NCBI GenBank assembly: GCA_031553875.1
Contig: JAVBKU010000005.1
Coordinates: 43,547 to 107,546, forward strand
From: Rikenellaceae bacterium
GTDB taxonomy: Bacteria; Bacteroidota; Bacteroidia; Bacteroidales; Rikenellaceae
DNA: 64,000 nucleotides
Reading direction: 5' to 3'
The translations under genes and the position numbers were made by a program. Shown here in pieces: positions 27,533-37,437 of this stretch. Below the pieces are notes generated by a model, which had not been told where the DNA came from, did not search any database, and worked only from the letters and a program-made list of their open reading frames with translations. How positions within the stretch are numbered: the stretch's first letter is position 1; each line of letters begins with the position of its first letter.

Positions 27533-28729
27533 ATGAAAAAGAAGGTAGCATTAGCATTCAGCGGAGGACTCGACACATCGTACTGCGCGATTTTCCTAAG
27601 CAAGGAGATGGGCCTGGAGGTTCACGCGGCATTCGTCAACACCGGCGGCTTTTCTGACGAAGAGCTCAAACAGATAGAAGACAGGGCCTACGCCCTCGGC
27701 GTAGCGTCGTACAGGTGTATCAACGTGGAGGACGTATATTACCAGACCTGCATCAAGTACATGGTCTTCGGCAACGTGCTCAAGAATGCCACTTACCCTC
27801 TCAGCGTGAGCGCCGAGCGCGTGTCGCAGGCTTCGGCCATCGCCCGTTTCGCCAAGGAGATCAGCGCCGACTACGTGTGCCACGGCAGCACCGGCGCGGG
27901 CAATGACCAGGTGCGCTTCGACATGATATTCAACACCCTATGCCCCGAGATAGAGATCATCGCCCTGATCCGCGAGAAGAGGCTCAGCCGCGAGGAGGAA
28001 ATCGAATACCTCCGTTCGCACGGCGTGGATATGGACTTCAAGAAGGCCGAATACTCCATCAACCAGGGCATCTGGGGTACGTCGGTAGGCGGCAAGGAGA
28101 CCCTCACCTCCGACAAGACCCTCCCCGAGGAGGCCTACCCCTCGCAGCTCACCAAGAACGGCTCCGAGAAGGTGACCCTCACTTTCGAGAAGGGCGAGAT
28201 AAAGGGTATCAACGGCGAGATATTCTCTAACCCCGTAGACGCCATCAAGAAGCTCCAGGGCATCGCCGCCCCCTATGCCATAGGCCGTGACATGCACGTG
28301 GGCGACACCATCATCGGCATCAAGGGCCGCGTGGGCTTCGAAGCCGCCGCCCCCATGATAATAATCAAGGGACACCACCTGCTCGAAAAGCACGTGCTGA
28401 GCAAGTGGCAGCTCTTCTGGAAGGACCAGATCAGCGCCTTCTACGGCAACCACCTCCACGAGGGCCAGTACTACGACCCCGTGATGCGCGACATGGAAGC
28501 CATGCTGGAAAAGAGCCAGAGGACGGTGAGCGGCGAAGTTATCGTGGAACTGCACCCCTACCGTTTCATCCTTGTCGGCATCCAGAGCCCGCACGACCTG
28601 ATGAGCAATAAATTCGGCGCCTACGGCGAGACCATGAACGATTGGAGTAGCGACGACGTGAAGGGCTTCGGCAAGATCTTCGGTAACCAGAACTCGATAT
28701 ACTACAAGGTCAACGGCTGGGAAGAGTAG
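27533..28729 (+). CDS. argG: argininosuccinate synthase
   Basis: 398 aa with the N-terminal ATP-binding motif ALAFSGGLDTS and the conserved STGAGNDQVRF. Confidence 0.93.
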   Translation: MKKKVALAFSGGLDTSYCAIFLSKEMGLEVHAAFVNTGGFSDEELKQIEDRAYALGVASYRCINVEDVYYQTCIKYMVFGNVLKNATYPLSVSAERVSQASAIARFAKEISADYVCHGSTGAGNDQVRFDMIFNTLCPEIEIIALIREKRLSREEEIEYLRSHGVDMDFKKAEYSINQGIWGTSVGGKETLTSDKTLPEEAYPSQLTKNGSEKVTLTFEKGEIKGINGEIFSNPVDAIKKLQGIAAPYAIGRDMHVGDTIIGIKGRVGFEAAAPMIIIKGHHLLEKHVLSKWQLFWKDQISAFYGNHLHEGQYYDPVMRDMEAMLEKSQRTVSGEVIVELHPYRFILVGIQSPHDLMSNKFGAYGETMNDWSSDDVKGFGKIFGNQNSIYYKVNGWEE

Positions 28730-28902
28730 CCCTCCGTCCGGCCCCACCTATCGACATAGAGAGTACACTGCATACGCCGCCTTAGCGGCCTGTACACAGC
28801 GGCAAATGCGGGGAGAGGGTTCTTTTCCTCGCATTTGCGTAACCGGCAATAAGCAAGTAAAGGCTCCCGGGCCTGGAATAACACCTCCTAATCCCCTGTG
28901 TT

Positions 28903-29643
28903 ATGAAAAAGTTACTGTTATTGGTTTTGGTAGTAGCAAGTGTCTGCTCGGCGTTGGCTCAGCCGCCGCAGTACAGGTTCTACCGCTCTTTGGAAGCGTA
29001 TATGGCGGGAAACTACGACTCGCTGGGATTCTTCGAGATAGTGCCGCGGTTCGATGACAAAAAGAATCCCCGCCACCCGTCCCGTAACGGTATTGAGCAC
29101 GATATTTTCTGCGTGGACTCCGTAGACATGGAAAACGACAAGTTCCTTAGAAAGGAGGTTCTTTTATTCCAGAATGACGCCGTGTTGTACGTGAATATCA
29201 ATCGTTTGAAAAGAGGCATCGAATCGTTGTACGTACCGGCGATGGTCATTAACGGTGAGATATATTTTCTAAGATTTCCGGGAAATCCGGGAAATGCAGA
29301 AGTTGTAGCAATGTCGGGAGCTTTGTTCGGAATTGTAGGTGCCGCAATCGCGGCCGGAACAATTTCCGTTGACTCCAGATTCCGCGAATTATGTTACTAC
29401 GATCCTGTTGACAAAAAAATACGTGTGACAGAATACGAAGAAATCCGTAACTTATTGAGGGCATGTCCAGATATAATGTGGTCTTTCCAAAGGGAAATGC
29501 TCGTGTACGATAGCCCGGCGGCGAGAGAAAAAGCCTTTCCCGCCATTGCATGGAGGTATATGAAGCAGTTGCAGGCCATGAATACCGATCCTAAGACAGA
29601 TGAACAAATACCTGCGGACTCATTGCCGTCGCCTACACCTTAA
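28903..29643 (+). CDS. secreted/membrane protein of unknown family, paralogue 1 of 3
   Basis: 246 aa with a signal peptide (MKKLLLLVLVVASVCSALAQ), a central Gly/Ala-rich hydrophobic segment (AMSGALFGIVGAAIAAGTI) and a Pro-rich tail. It aligns end-to-end with the next ORF. Confidence 0.75.
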   Translation: MKKLLLLVLVVASVCSALAQPPQYRFYRSLEAYMAGNYDSLGFFEIVPRFDDKKNPRHPSRNGIEHDIFCVDSVDMENDKFLRKEVLLFQNDAVLYVNINRLKRGIESLYVPAMVINGEIYFLRFPGNPGNAEVVAMSGALFGIVGAAIAAGTISVDSRFRELCYYDPVDKKIRVTEYEEIRNLLRACPDIMWSFQREMLVYDSPAAREKAFPAIAWRYMKQLQAMNTDPKTDEQIPADSLPSPTP

Positions 29644-29702
29644 CCCAAACACTCTGACAAACGCGTTAAAAAACAAACCCGTGCAGTCTAAATAATCCCG
29701 TT

Positions 29703-30506
29703 ATGAAAAACCTGTTGTTATTGGTTTTAATAATATCTACCACAGGATTCGGCCCTGCCCGCGCCCAACAGACGCCTTATAAGTTCTACCGCTCTTTGGA
29801 ATCTTATATGGCAAAGGAATACGATTCCGTGAAGTTCTTTGAGATTATACCGAGGTATGGGCGTGAAAGACATCTCCGCCACCCTGCGCGATACGGTTTA
29901 GAGGCTGATATTTTCTGCGAGGATCCCGAAGACACGGGTAACAACTGGTTTCTGAATAAGGAGGTTCTGTTGTTCGAGGATAGCAGTAAACTGTATATCA
30001 ATTGTAATCGCATAAAGGGTTCCTGTAACGGGACATGGTACGCTCCGGCTGTGGAAATAAACGGTGATATATTTTTTTTATCATTTCCTAATCCCAATAA
30101 ATACGCATCTATAGGTGTTGCTGCCGCTATAACCGCAGTAGGTGCTGTCGGAGTCGCTTTGGGCAGCCATTGGATGATTTATGCTACTCCCGGCGACGGC
30201 GCCAACATTCGCGAACTGTACCGTTACGATCCTTCTACAAGAAAATCTCGTATGGTTGGATTTGAGGAGGCTTGTAATTTATTCCGGGTCGATTCTGAAA
30301 TATTGGACACATACATATTTCACGTCTCCATAGATGACTACATGCCTCCCGATAAAATCCGCTACATCACCAATTACACGTGGCAGTGTTTAAATTTGTT
30401 GAAATCAAAGAATATCGACCCCAAGGCGTACGAACAAACACCGCCTTTTTCACTGCCACCTCCGCTCAAAACGGAGAATCCGGATGGAGATGAAAAGCAT
30501 CTTTAA
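29703..30506 (+). CDS. secreted/membrane protein of unknown family, paralogue 2 of 3
   Basis: 267 aa. It shares Y(R/K)FYRSLE, FFEI(V/I)PR, DIFC, KEVLLF, ING(E/D)I(Y/F)FL, REL..YDP and the Gly/Ala hydrophobic segment with paralogue 1. Confidence 0.75.
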   Translation: MKNLLLLVLIISTTGFGPARAQQTPYKFYRSLESYMAKEYDSVKFFEIIPRYGRERHLRHPARYGLEADIFCEDPEDTGNNWFLNKEVLLFEDSSKLYINCNRIKGSCNGTWYAPAVEINGDIFFLSFPNPNKYASIGVAAAITAVGAVGVALGSHWMIYATPGDGANIRELYRYDPSTRKSRMVGFEEACNLFRVDSEILDTYIFHVSIDDYMPPDKIRYITNYTWQCLNLLKSKNIDPKAYEQTPPFSLPPPLKTENPDGDEKHL

Positions 30507-30545
30507 GATTAAAAACACGTATAGCTAATATAAAGCAAGACTGCT

Positions 30546-31205
30546 ATGAAAAACCTGTTACTGACATTTCTGGCCTGCGCATGGGCAGCAGGCGCCTGGT
30601 GCGCCAATGGTTACAAGGCGTTCACATCAGTGGACAATTACAAGAACGGCAACTCCGCCGGGGAGCTCGACGTGAAATTCAAGAAGCGCTCGGGTGCATC
30701 CCTTACTTTTGCCGGCGGCGGCACCTACTCCATAAACGTGTCGAAACTCGACAGCGTGCAGATGGTCCTGGCCAGGGACAGTACCCTGCTCTTAGAGCGT
30801 GGCGACGAACTACTTCTCAACTGCCGCAAACTCAGGCGAAACAATAGATTCGGCTACGCCCCGGCGATACTTCTGGATAGCATCCTCGTCTTCGAGGCCC
30901 ACATGCGCGCCGAGGAGTACACACAGCGCGGCAACAAATTCGCCCTCACGGCCGAGGGCGAGGAGGGCATCGTAGGGTCGATGATCAGGGCCCACGAACT
31001 GCTGACCATATACATTTTCAATCCTGTCACAAGAATGGTCCGAAGCATGAGCGTCGACGATTTCACCAACCTGGTGAAGCAACTCCCGCCCGACATGCTC
31101 GACAAATACGCCGAGCAGGCCAAGAAGCAGAAACATATAGAAAGGCTGGAGCCGCCCACCGTGTGGCCCTACCTCAAAGCACTCAAGAATAACACAAAAC
31201 AATAG
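30546..31205 (+). CDS. secreted protein of unknown family, distant paralogue 3 of 3
   Basis: 219 aa with a signal peptide. It retains LLLNCRKL, YAPAI, IFNPVTR and DDFTNL, which are counterparts of blocks in paralogues 1 and 2. Its stop is 4 nt before the argC ATG. Confidence 0.7.
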   Translation: MKNLLLTFLACAWAAGAWCANGYKAFTSVDNYKNGNSAGELDVKFKKRSGASLTFAGGGTYSINVSKLDSVQMVLARDSTLLLERGDELLLNCRKLRRNNRFGYAPAILLDSILVFEAHMRAEEYTQRGNKFALTAEGEEGIVGSMIRAHELLTIYIFNPVTRMVRSMSVDDFTNLVKQLPPDMLDKYAEQAKKQKHIERLEPPTVWPYLKALKNNTKQ

Positions 31206-31209
31206 CACC

Positions 31210-32187
31210 ATGATAAAAGCAGGCATAATAGGCGGAGCGGGATACACGGGAGGCGAAGCCATCCGCATCCTCATCAACCACCCCGAGGTGGAACTCGTTT
31301 TCGTCCACAGCAACAGCAATGGAGGCAACTACCTCTACGACGTACATACCGACCTTCTGGGCGACACGGATATGAAGTTCACCGACACCCTGCGTACGGA
31401 TGTGGACGTGTTGTTCCTGTGCGTGGGCCATGGCGACGCGCGCAAGTTCCTCGAAGCTAATCCCATTCCCGAGAGCGTCCGCATTATCGATCTCAGCCAG
31501 GATTTCCGCTTGTCCGCCGCCAGCTCCATCGGCGGCAGGGAGTTCGTCTACGGCCTACCGGAGATGAATATAGAGAAGATCCGGGCGGCACGCAACATAG
31601 CCAACCCCGGCTGTTTCGCCACCTGCCTGCAACTGGGCATGCTCCCGCTGGCGGCTAAGGGCCTGCTCAACGGCGAAGTGCATATCACCGCCACCACCGG
31701 CTCCACAGGCGCGGGACAGTCGCTCTCACCCACGTCGCACTTCAGTTGGAGGGCCAACAACCTCTCCATCTACAAGGCGTTCGAGCACCAGCACCTGCGC
31801 GAAATAGGCGAAAGCGTCCGCTCGTTGATGCCTTCGTTCGAGGGACCCATCAACTTCGTCCCCTACCGCGGCGACTTCACACGAGGTATCATCGCCTCGA
31901 TATATACGGACTGTTCGCTCCTGGAAGAGGAAGTACGTAAGATCTACGAAGATTACTACAAGGACGCCGCCTGCACGTTCGTAAACGCCAAGGGCGTTAA
32001 CCTCAAGCAGGTGGTAAACACCAACAAGTGTTTCGTGTCGGTCGAAAAACACGGCGATAAAGTGCTTATTACGAGCATTATCGACAATCTGCTCAAGGGC
32101 GCTTCGGGCCAGGCCGTACAGAATATGAACATCATGTTCGGCCTCGACCAGAGGGCGGGCCTTAGGCTCAAGGCCGCGGCTTTTTAG
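31210..32187 (+). CDS. argC: N-acyl-gamma-glutamyl-phosphate reductase
   Basis: 325 aa with the N-terminal GIIGGAGYTGGE and the active-site motif NPGCFATC. Confidence 0.92.
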   Translation: MIKAGIIGGAGYTGGEAIRILINHPEVELVFVHSNSNGGNYLYDVHTDLLGDTDMKFTDTLRTDVDVLFLCVGHGDARKFLEANPIPESVRIIDLSQDFRLSAASSIGGREFVYGLPEMNIEKIRAARNIANPGCFATCLQLGMLPLAAKGLLNGEVHITATTGSTGAGQSLSPTSHFSWRANNLSIYKAFEHQHLREIGESVRSLMPSFEGPINFVPYRGDFTRGIIASIYTDCSLLEEEVRKIYEDYYKDAACTFVNAKGVNLKQVVNTNKCFVSVEKHGDKVLITSIIDNLLKGASGQAVQNMNIMFGLDQRAGLRLKAAAF

Positions 32188-32283
32188 AGCGCTCCGGCGG
32201 AGGGGCGGGCTCTTCCGGCATGGAATTTGCCGCCCGCAAGTAGCACGTAACTAATTGTAAGACAACAAAAAAACACTACCGAT

Positions 32284-33414
32284 ATGAAAATGTTCGATGT
32301 ATATCCGCTGTTCGATATAGATATTGTCAAGGCGGAAGGCTCGTATGTGTGGGACGATAAGGGTACACGTTACCTGGATATGTACGGCGGCCATGCTGTG
32401 ATATCCATCGGCCACACCCACCCCCACTACGTGGAAAAGGTGACCACCCAGATCAAGAGCATTGGCTTCTACTCCAACTCCGTGATAATCGACCAGCAGG
32501 CCGAGCTGGCGGAGAAATTGGGCCGCCTGTCGGGTAAGAGGGGCTACCAGCTTTTCCTCTGCAACTCGGGCGCCGAAGCCAATGAAAACGCCTTGAAGCT
32601 CGCCTCGTTCCACAACGGACGCAAGAAGGTGATCGCCTTCCGCGGCGCGTTCCACGGCCGTACGTCGCTGGCTGTGGCCGTGACCGACAACCCCGCGATA
32701 GTGGCTCCCGTGAACCGGACCGACAACGTCATTTTCCTCGACCTCAACGATGAAGAGGCCCTGGAAAAAACTTTCAAGCACAACGAGATATCCTCGGTCA
32801 TCATCGAGGGGATCCAGGGCGTGGGCGGCATACGCATCGCCACTCCCGAGTTCCTGCGCAAGATACGCAGCCTGTGCGATAAGTACGGTGCGGTGTATAT
32901 CGCCGACAGCGTGCAATGCGGATGCGGCCGAAGCGGGAAATATTATTCGCACGACTACGCCGGCGTGAACGCTGACATATATACCATGGCCAAGGGTATC
33001 GGCAACGGTTTCCCCGTGGGCGCCATCGCCATCGCCCCCCATATCAAGCCCAAGCACGGTATGCTGGGTACCACCTTCGGGGGCAACCACCTGGCCTGCG
33101 TGGCCGCCATCGCCGTGGCCGACGTGATGATGGAAGACAAACTTATGGACAACGCGCTGAAAATCGGTAATTACCTTATGGACGAAGCCCGCAAGGTCGA
33201 CGGCGTGAAGGAGGTGCGCGGATACGGCCTGATGATAGGTATCGAGCTGCCGGAGGACGCCGGCCCTCTGCGCAAGCGCCTTATCCAGGACGAGCATATA
33301 TTCACAGGTTCGTCGGGCAATAAGAACGTGATGCGACTGCTCCCCGCGCTCAACATCACCAAGGCGCACGCCGACGAGTTCCTCGAGGCTTTCCGCCGTC
33401 AGATGAAAAAATAG
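32284..33414 (+). CDS. argD: acetyl/succinyl-ornithine aminotransferase (class III PLP)
   Basis: 376 aa with the motifs LCNSGAEANENALKLA, ADSVQCGCGRSG and the PLP-lysine context TMAKGIGNGFP. Confidence 0.9.
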   Translation: MKMFDVYPLFDIDIVKAEGSYVWDDKGTRYLDMYGGHAVISIGHTHPHYVEKVTTQIKSIGFYSNSVIIDQQAELAEKLGRLSGKRGYQLFLCNSGAEANENALKLASFHNGRKKVIAFRGAFHGRTSLAVAVTDNPAIVAPVNRTDNVIFLDLNDEEALEKTFKHNEISSVIIEGIQGVGGIRIATPEFLRKIRSLCDKYGAVYIADSVQCGCGRSGKYYSHDYAGVNADIYTMAKGIGNGFPVGAIAIAPHIKPKHGMLGTTFGGNHLACVAAIAVADVMMEDKLMDNALKIGNYLMDEARKVDGVKEVRGYGLMIGIELPEDAGPLRKRLIQDEHIFTGSSGNKNVMRLLPALNITKAHADEFLEAFRRQMKK

Positions 33415-33489
33415 CACCGGCATGACGGGCGGGTTGTTCACAACGGTGTGGATAACCCGCTCTATTTATTAACAATCGATGTCAGCAAA

Positions 33490-34266
33490 ATGTTAAAAGT
33501 TGTAAAAATAGGGGGTAATATTGTCGATAACCCCGAGAAACTGGACAAGTTCCTTGTTGATTTCGCCTCGCTCGAGGGAGAGAAGATCCTTATCCACGGC
33601 GGCGGCAAAGTGGCGACTACAATAGCCAAGAGTCTTGGCATAGAATCGGTTATGATCGACGGGCGGAGGGTGACCGACGGCGAAACGCTCAAGGTCGTAA
33701 CTATGGTCTACGCCGGACTTATCAACAAGACGATTGTTAGCAAGTTGCGCGCGGCGGGTTGCGACGCCTTCGGGCTCTGCGGCGCCGACGGCGGATTCAT
33801 CACCTCCGTAAGGCGCGCACCCAAGCCCATCGACTATGGCTTCGTGGGCGATCCCGTGGCCGAGAAGTTCGGCGTGGGCACCGCCATGGCCCTCATCGAA
33901 ACAGGCAAGACCCTCATCGTGGCCCCCATCACCGACGACGGGCAGGGCTCGCTGCTCAATACCAACGCCGACACCGTGGCTCAGACCGTGGCCGTGGGCA
34001 TGAGCGAGGCTTACGAGGTGGAGCTGATATACTGCTTCGAGAAGAACGGTGTGATGCGCGACATCGACGACCCGTCGAGCGTCATCCCTGAAATAAGCCC
34101 CGCCGACTTCGAGCGCCTCAAGGCCGAGGGCATCGTGGCCGACGGCATGCTGCCCAAGCTGGAGAACGCCTTCAAGGCCATTCGTTCGGGCGTGAAAAGG
34201 GTGGTTATCTGCAATGCCGAGCTTATCGCCAAAGAGGGCTACGGCGGCACGACGCTCAAGGCCTAA
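33490..34266 (+). CDS. argB: N-acylglutamate kinase
   Basis: Start is at the ATG at 33490 (MLKVVKIGGNIV). Amino-acid-kinase motifs are IHGGG and NTNADTVA. Confidence 0.9.
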   Translation: MLKVVKIGGNIVDNPEKLDKFLVDFASLEGEKILIHGGGKVATTIAKSLGIESVMIDGRRVTDGETLKVVTMVYAGLINKTIVSKLRAAGCDAFGLCGADGGFITSVRRAPKPIDYGFVGDPVAEKFGVGTAMALIETGKTLIVAPITDDGQGSLLNTNADTVAQTVAVGMSEAYEVELIYCFEKNGVMRDIDDPSSVIPEISPADFERLKAEGIVADGMLPKLENAFKAIRSGVKRVVICNAELIAKEGYGGTTLKA

Positions 34267-34377
34267 ACACCTGTTACAGGCCTGTTATTAGCGCCTATCC
34301 CTCCAAAATACCTAATAGTAGGTACAAAATAACGGTCTGAAAGCGACCTTTTTACAATTCAAACCCCGTACATTTGT

Positions 34378-34420
34378 GGGTCGGTTCATGGAGTCAATCC
34401 TGCCGACCCGCTTTTTATTT
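34378..34420 (+). terminator. rho-independent terminator (end of the arg operon)
   Basis: GGGTCGG-(18-nt loop)-CCGACCC is followed by GCTTTTTATTTT. Confidence 0.6.
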
Positions 34421-34478
34421 TGTTCAATGCTGTAATGGCGACAGTCGAAGCGGACTAAAGCGAACAGCCAACAAAAGG

Positions 34479-34835
34479 ATGATGTCCGGGAAAACTATAT
34501 ATAAAAGATTATACGCTGCCGCGCTGCTCCTGCTCGTTGTGAGTTACGTGGGCGGTATATCGCTTTTCCCGCACTCCCATATCGTCGATGGCAAGGTGGT
34601 GGTACATTCCCATCCCTATGCTGCCGGCACAGCCGAGCGGCCCGGCCATAACCACTCGGCCACGGCCATCTTCGCCATCAGCCACCTGGCCCATGCTGCT
34701 CTGTTCGTAATGGTTGCCACAGCGTTCACCTCGTTCGCCGGCGCCGTCACATTTTTCAGCGTAAAGGAGAGCTTCGCGCTCTGCCTCTCGCGCCACATCG
34801 ACGTCCCCGCCCTGCGAGGGCCTCCCCACCTTTAA
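34479..34835 (+). CDS. small His-rich membrane protein of unknown function
   Basis: Start is at the ATG at 34479 (MMSGKTIYKRLYAAALLLLVVSYV...). It has two or three hydrophobic segments and the His clusters FPHSHIVDGKVVVHSHPY and GHNHS. It lies directly upstream of a TonB-dependent receptor. Confidence 0.6.
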   Translation: MMSGKTIYKRLYAAALLLLVVSYVGGISLFPHSHIVDGKVVVHSHPYAAGTAERPGHNHSATAIFAISHLAHAALFVMVATAFTSFAGAVTFFSVKESFALCLSRHIDVPALRGPPHL

Positions 34836-34954
34836 TCTCTCCCATTTCCCGCCACGCCTAAAATGATGCGCGGCCATATCCACGTGCAGGCCTCATCCGT
34901 CCGGCGGGGCGGCATGCCGTATCCATTCTCAAACCCTTTTTTCAAGCAATTACC

Positions 34955-37261
34955 ATGACAAAGAAGATCCTGGGGCTCATCGTCCCCGTACTACTGTTGG
35001 CTTCATTAGCCACCGCCCAGAAACCCACAACGCCGCCTCAGAGAACCGACGCCAACATATCCGGCCACGTGATCGACACCGAAACCGGCAAACACATGCC
35101 CCACGTGAGCATCACCATCAAAGGCACCACCATAAGCATCCTGACCGACGCCACCGGCCACTACTACCTGAAGAACCTCCCCCTCGGGTCGTTCACCATC
35201 GTCGCCTCGTTTATGGGATACGGAAACTCAGAGATACCGATATCGCTTGTGAAAGGCAAGACCATAGAAGTAGATTTCGATCTCTCGCCCACCGTAATGA
35301 ATATGGACGAGATCGTGGTGTCGTCGAACCGCACAGAGGTCAAGCGCAAGGAATCATCCTCTATTGTCAATGTGATGAGTTCCAAAGATTTCGAGACCAC
35401 GTCTTCGAACAATATGGCCGAGGCGCTCAACTACCAGCCGGGCCTGAGAGTGGAGTATAATTGCTCCAACTGCAGCGTCCCCCAGCTGAGGATCAACGGA
35501 CTGCAGGGACAGTACTCGCAGATGTTGCTCGACAGCCGCCCCATATTCAGCTCACTGGCCTCCGTTTACGGCCTTGAGCAGCTTCCAGCCAGCATGGTCG
35601 AACGCGTGGAGGTGATCCGTGGCGGGGGCTCTGCCTTGTTCGGGTCTAATGCTATCGGGGGCGTGGTCAACATCATCACCCGCGAGCCGATAAGCAACAC
35701 CGTGTGGCTATCCAACCAGACCGCCTCCATGGACGGCTCCATGGATATAAACACCTCGCTGGGCGGCTCTTTAGTGTCGGACGACTACCGCGCAGGGGTT
35801 TACATCTTCGGTATGATCCGCAGCCGCGAGGAGTACGACCGCAACGGCGACGGCTTCTCCGAGCTCCCCAAGCTCAACACCGAGACCATCGGTTTCCGCG
35901 GCTACTACAAGACCAGCCCCTTCACCAAGCTCACCGCCGAGTACCACCACATCCGCGAATTCCGTCGCGGGGGTAACGATTTCTCAAGCCCCCCCGATCA
36001 GACCGACATCACCGAACAGCTCCGCCACGGCATCAACGGCGGGGGCCTCAAGTTCGACATCTTCTCCAAGAACATGCGCCACAAGGCCAATATCTACGCC
36101 GGGGCCCAGCATATCGACCGCGACAGCTACTTCGGCACCGACCATAATCCCGACGCCTACGGCCACACCAACGATATGACCATAGTGGGCGGCGCGCAGT
36201 ATACCTACTCCTTCCGCAAGCTCTTCTTCATGCCAGCCGACCTCACCGCGGGGGTCGAGTACAACGGCAACAGCCTCGATGACGAGATGCTGGGCTACGG
36301 CCGCCAGATCAATCAGGACGTTAACACTATCGGGGGCTACCTCCAGAACGAATGGCGTAATGAGAAAATGAGCATCCTTTTAGGCGGCCGCCTCGACAAG
36401 AACTCAATGATCGACAACATGGTCTTCTGTCCGAGGGCCACCGTGCGCTACACTCCCTCTGGTCACGCCATACTTCGCGCCAGCTACTCCAGCGGCTACC
36501 GCGCCCCGCAGGCCTACGACGAGGACCTGCACGTGGCGGCCGTGGGCGGCAACGTGGCCATCATCACCCTCGATCCCGACCTCAAGCCCGAGTATTCGCA
36601 CTCGGTGAGCGCCTCGGCCGATCTGTACGAGAAGTTCGGCCCGGTGCAGGCCAACCTGCTTATAGAGGGCTTCTACACCAATCTGAAGGACGTCTTCACC
36701 CTCGTGGAGAACGGCTACGACGGTGAAGGCAACCTGCTCCTGGAGCGTGTCAACGCCTCCGGCGCCGAGGTTTACGGTATCAACGCGGAACTCAACCTCA
36801 GTATAGGCAAGAGGCTGCAGATCAACACAGGCTACACCTACCAGTGGAGCCTCTACAAAGAGGCCCAGAGCTGGAGCAATAACCCCGACATCGCTCCCCA
36901 GCGCCGCATGCTCCGTACGCCCAACAGCTACGGTTACGGTACTGTGAACTACAACCCCTTCAAGACATTCAACCTTTCCGGCACATGCAACTATACTGGG
37001 AATATGATCGTGCCGCACTACTCCGAGACCTCGGACCTCGACTACCAGACCAGCACGCAGACCTTCTGGGTATTCAGTCTGAAGCTCTCGTACGATTTCA
37101 AGCTCTCGGCCTCGGCAGTACTCCAACTCAACTGCGGCGTAAAGAATATCACCGACGCCTACCAGCCTGACGTGGATACCGGAGCCAAGAAAGACGCGGG
37201 CTATATCTACGGCCCCGCCGAGCCCCGCACCTTCTACGGCGGCGTGAAGTTCAGTTTCTAA
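34955..37261 (+). CDS. TonB-dependent outer-membrane receptor with CarboxypepD_reg-like N-terminal domain
   Basis: 768 aa with a signal peptide, ISGHVID..TGHYYLKNLP (Cna/CarboxypepD_reg-like), a plug (VERVEVIRGGGSALFGSNAIGGVVNIIT) and the C-terminal barrel end ...GGVKFSF. There is a CSNCS motif in the plug. Confidence 0.9.
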   Translation: MTKKILGLIVPVLLLASLATAQKPTTPPQRTDANISGHVIDTETGKHMPHVSITIKGTTISILTDATGHYYLKNLPLGSFTIVASFMGYGNSEIPISLVKGKTIEVDFDLSPTVMNMDEIVVSSNRTEVKRKESSSIVNVMSSKDFETTSSNNMAEALNYQPGLRVEYNCSNCSVPQLRINGLQGQYSQMLLDSRPIFSSLASVYGLEQLPASMVERVEVIRGGGSALFGSNAIGGVVNIITREPISNTVWLSNQTASMDGSMDINTSLGGSLVSDDYRAGVYIFGMIRSREEYDRNGDGFSELPKLNTETIGFRGYYKTSPFTKLTAEYHHIREFRRGGNDFSSPPDQTDITEQLRHGINGGGLKFDIFSKNMRHKANIYAGAQHIDRDSYFGTDHNPDAYGHTNDMTIVGGAQYTYSFRKLFFMPADLTAGVEYNGNSLDDEMLGYGRQINQDVNTIGGYLQNEWRNEKMSILLGGRLDKNSMIDNMVFCPRATVRYTPSGHAILRASYSSGYRAPQAYDEDLHVAAVGGNVAIITLDPDLKPEYSHSVSASADLYEKFGPVQANLLIEGFYTNLKDVFTLVENGYDGEGNLLLERVNASGAEVYGINAELNLSIGKRLQINTGYTYQWSLYKEAQSWSNNPDIAPQRRMLRTPNSYGYGTVNYNPFKTFNLSGTCNYTGNMIVPHYSETSDLDYQTSTQTFWVFSLKLSYDFKLSASAVLQLNCGVKNITDAYQPDVDTGAKKDAGYIYGPAEPRTFYGGVKFSF

Positions 37262-37437
37262 TTATGTAACTTGATTACTTTTAGCGGCATACCCCTACCG
37301 TTCCCTCCCCTACGGTAAGGTGGGATCTAATGTATTAGAATGGCGGTATACCACGTTAACGAGTGTTTTGTATGGGCGAGCCGTGGTGGAAGACCGAATG
37401 CGCATGCGCTCGGCGGCCCGCCCATACGAAACGCTCG

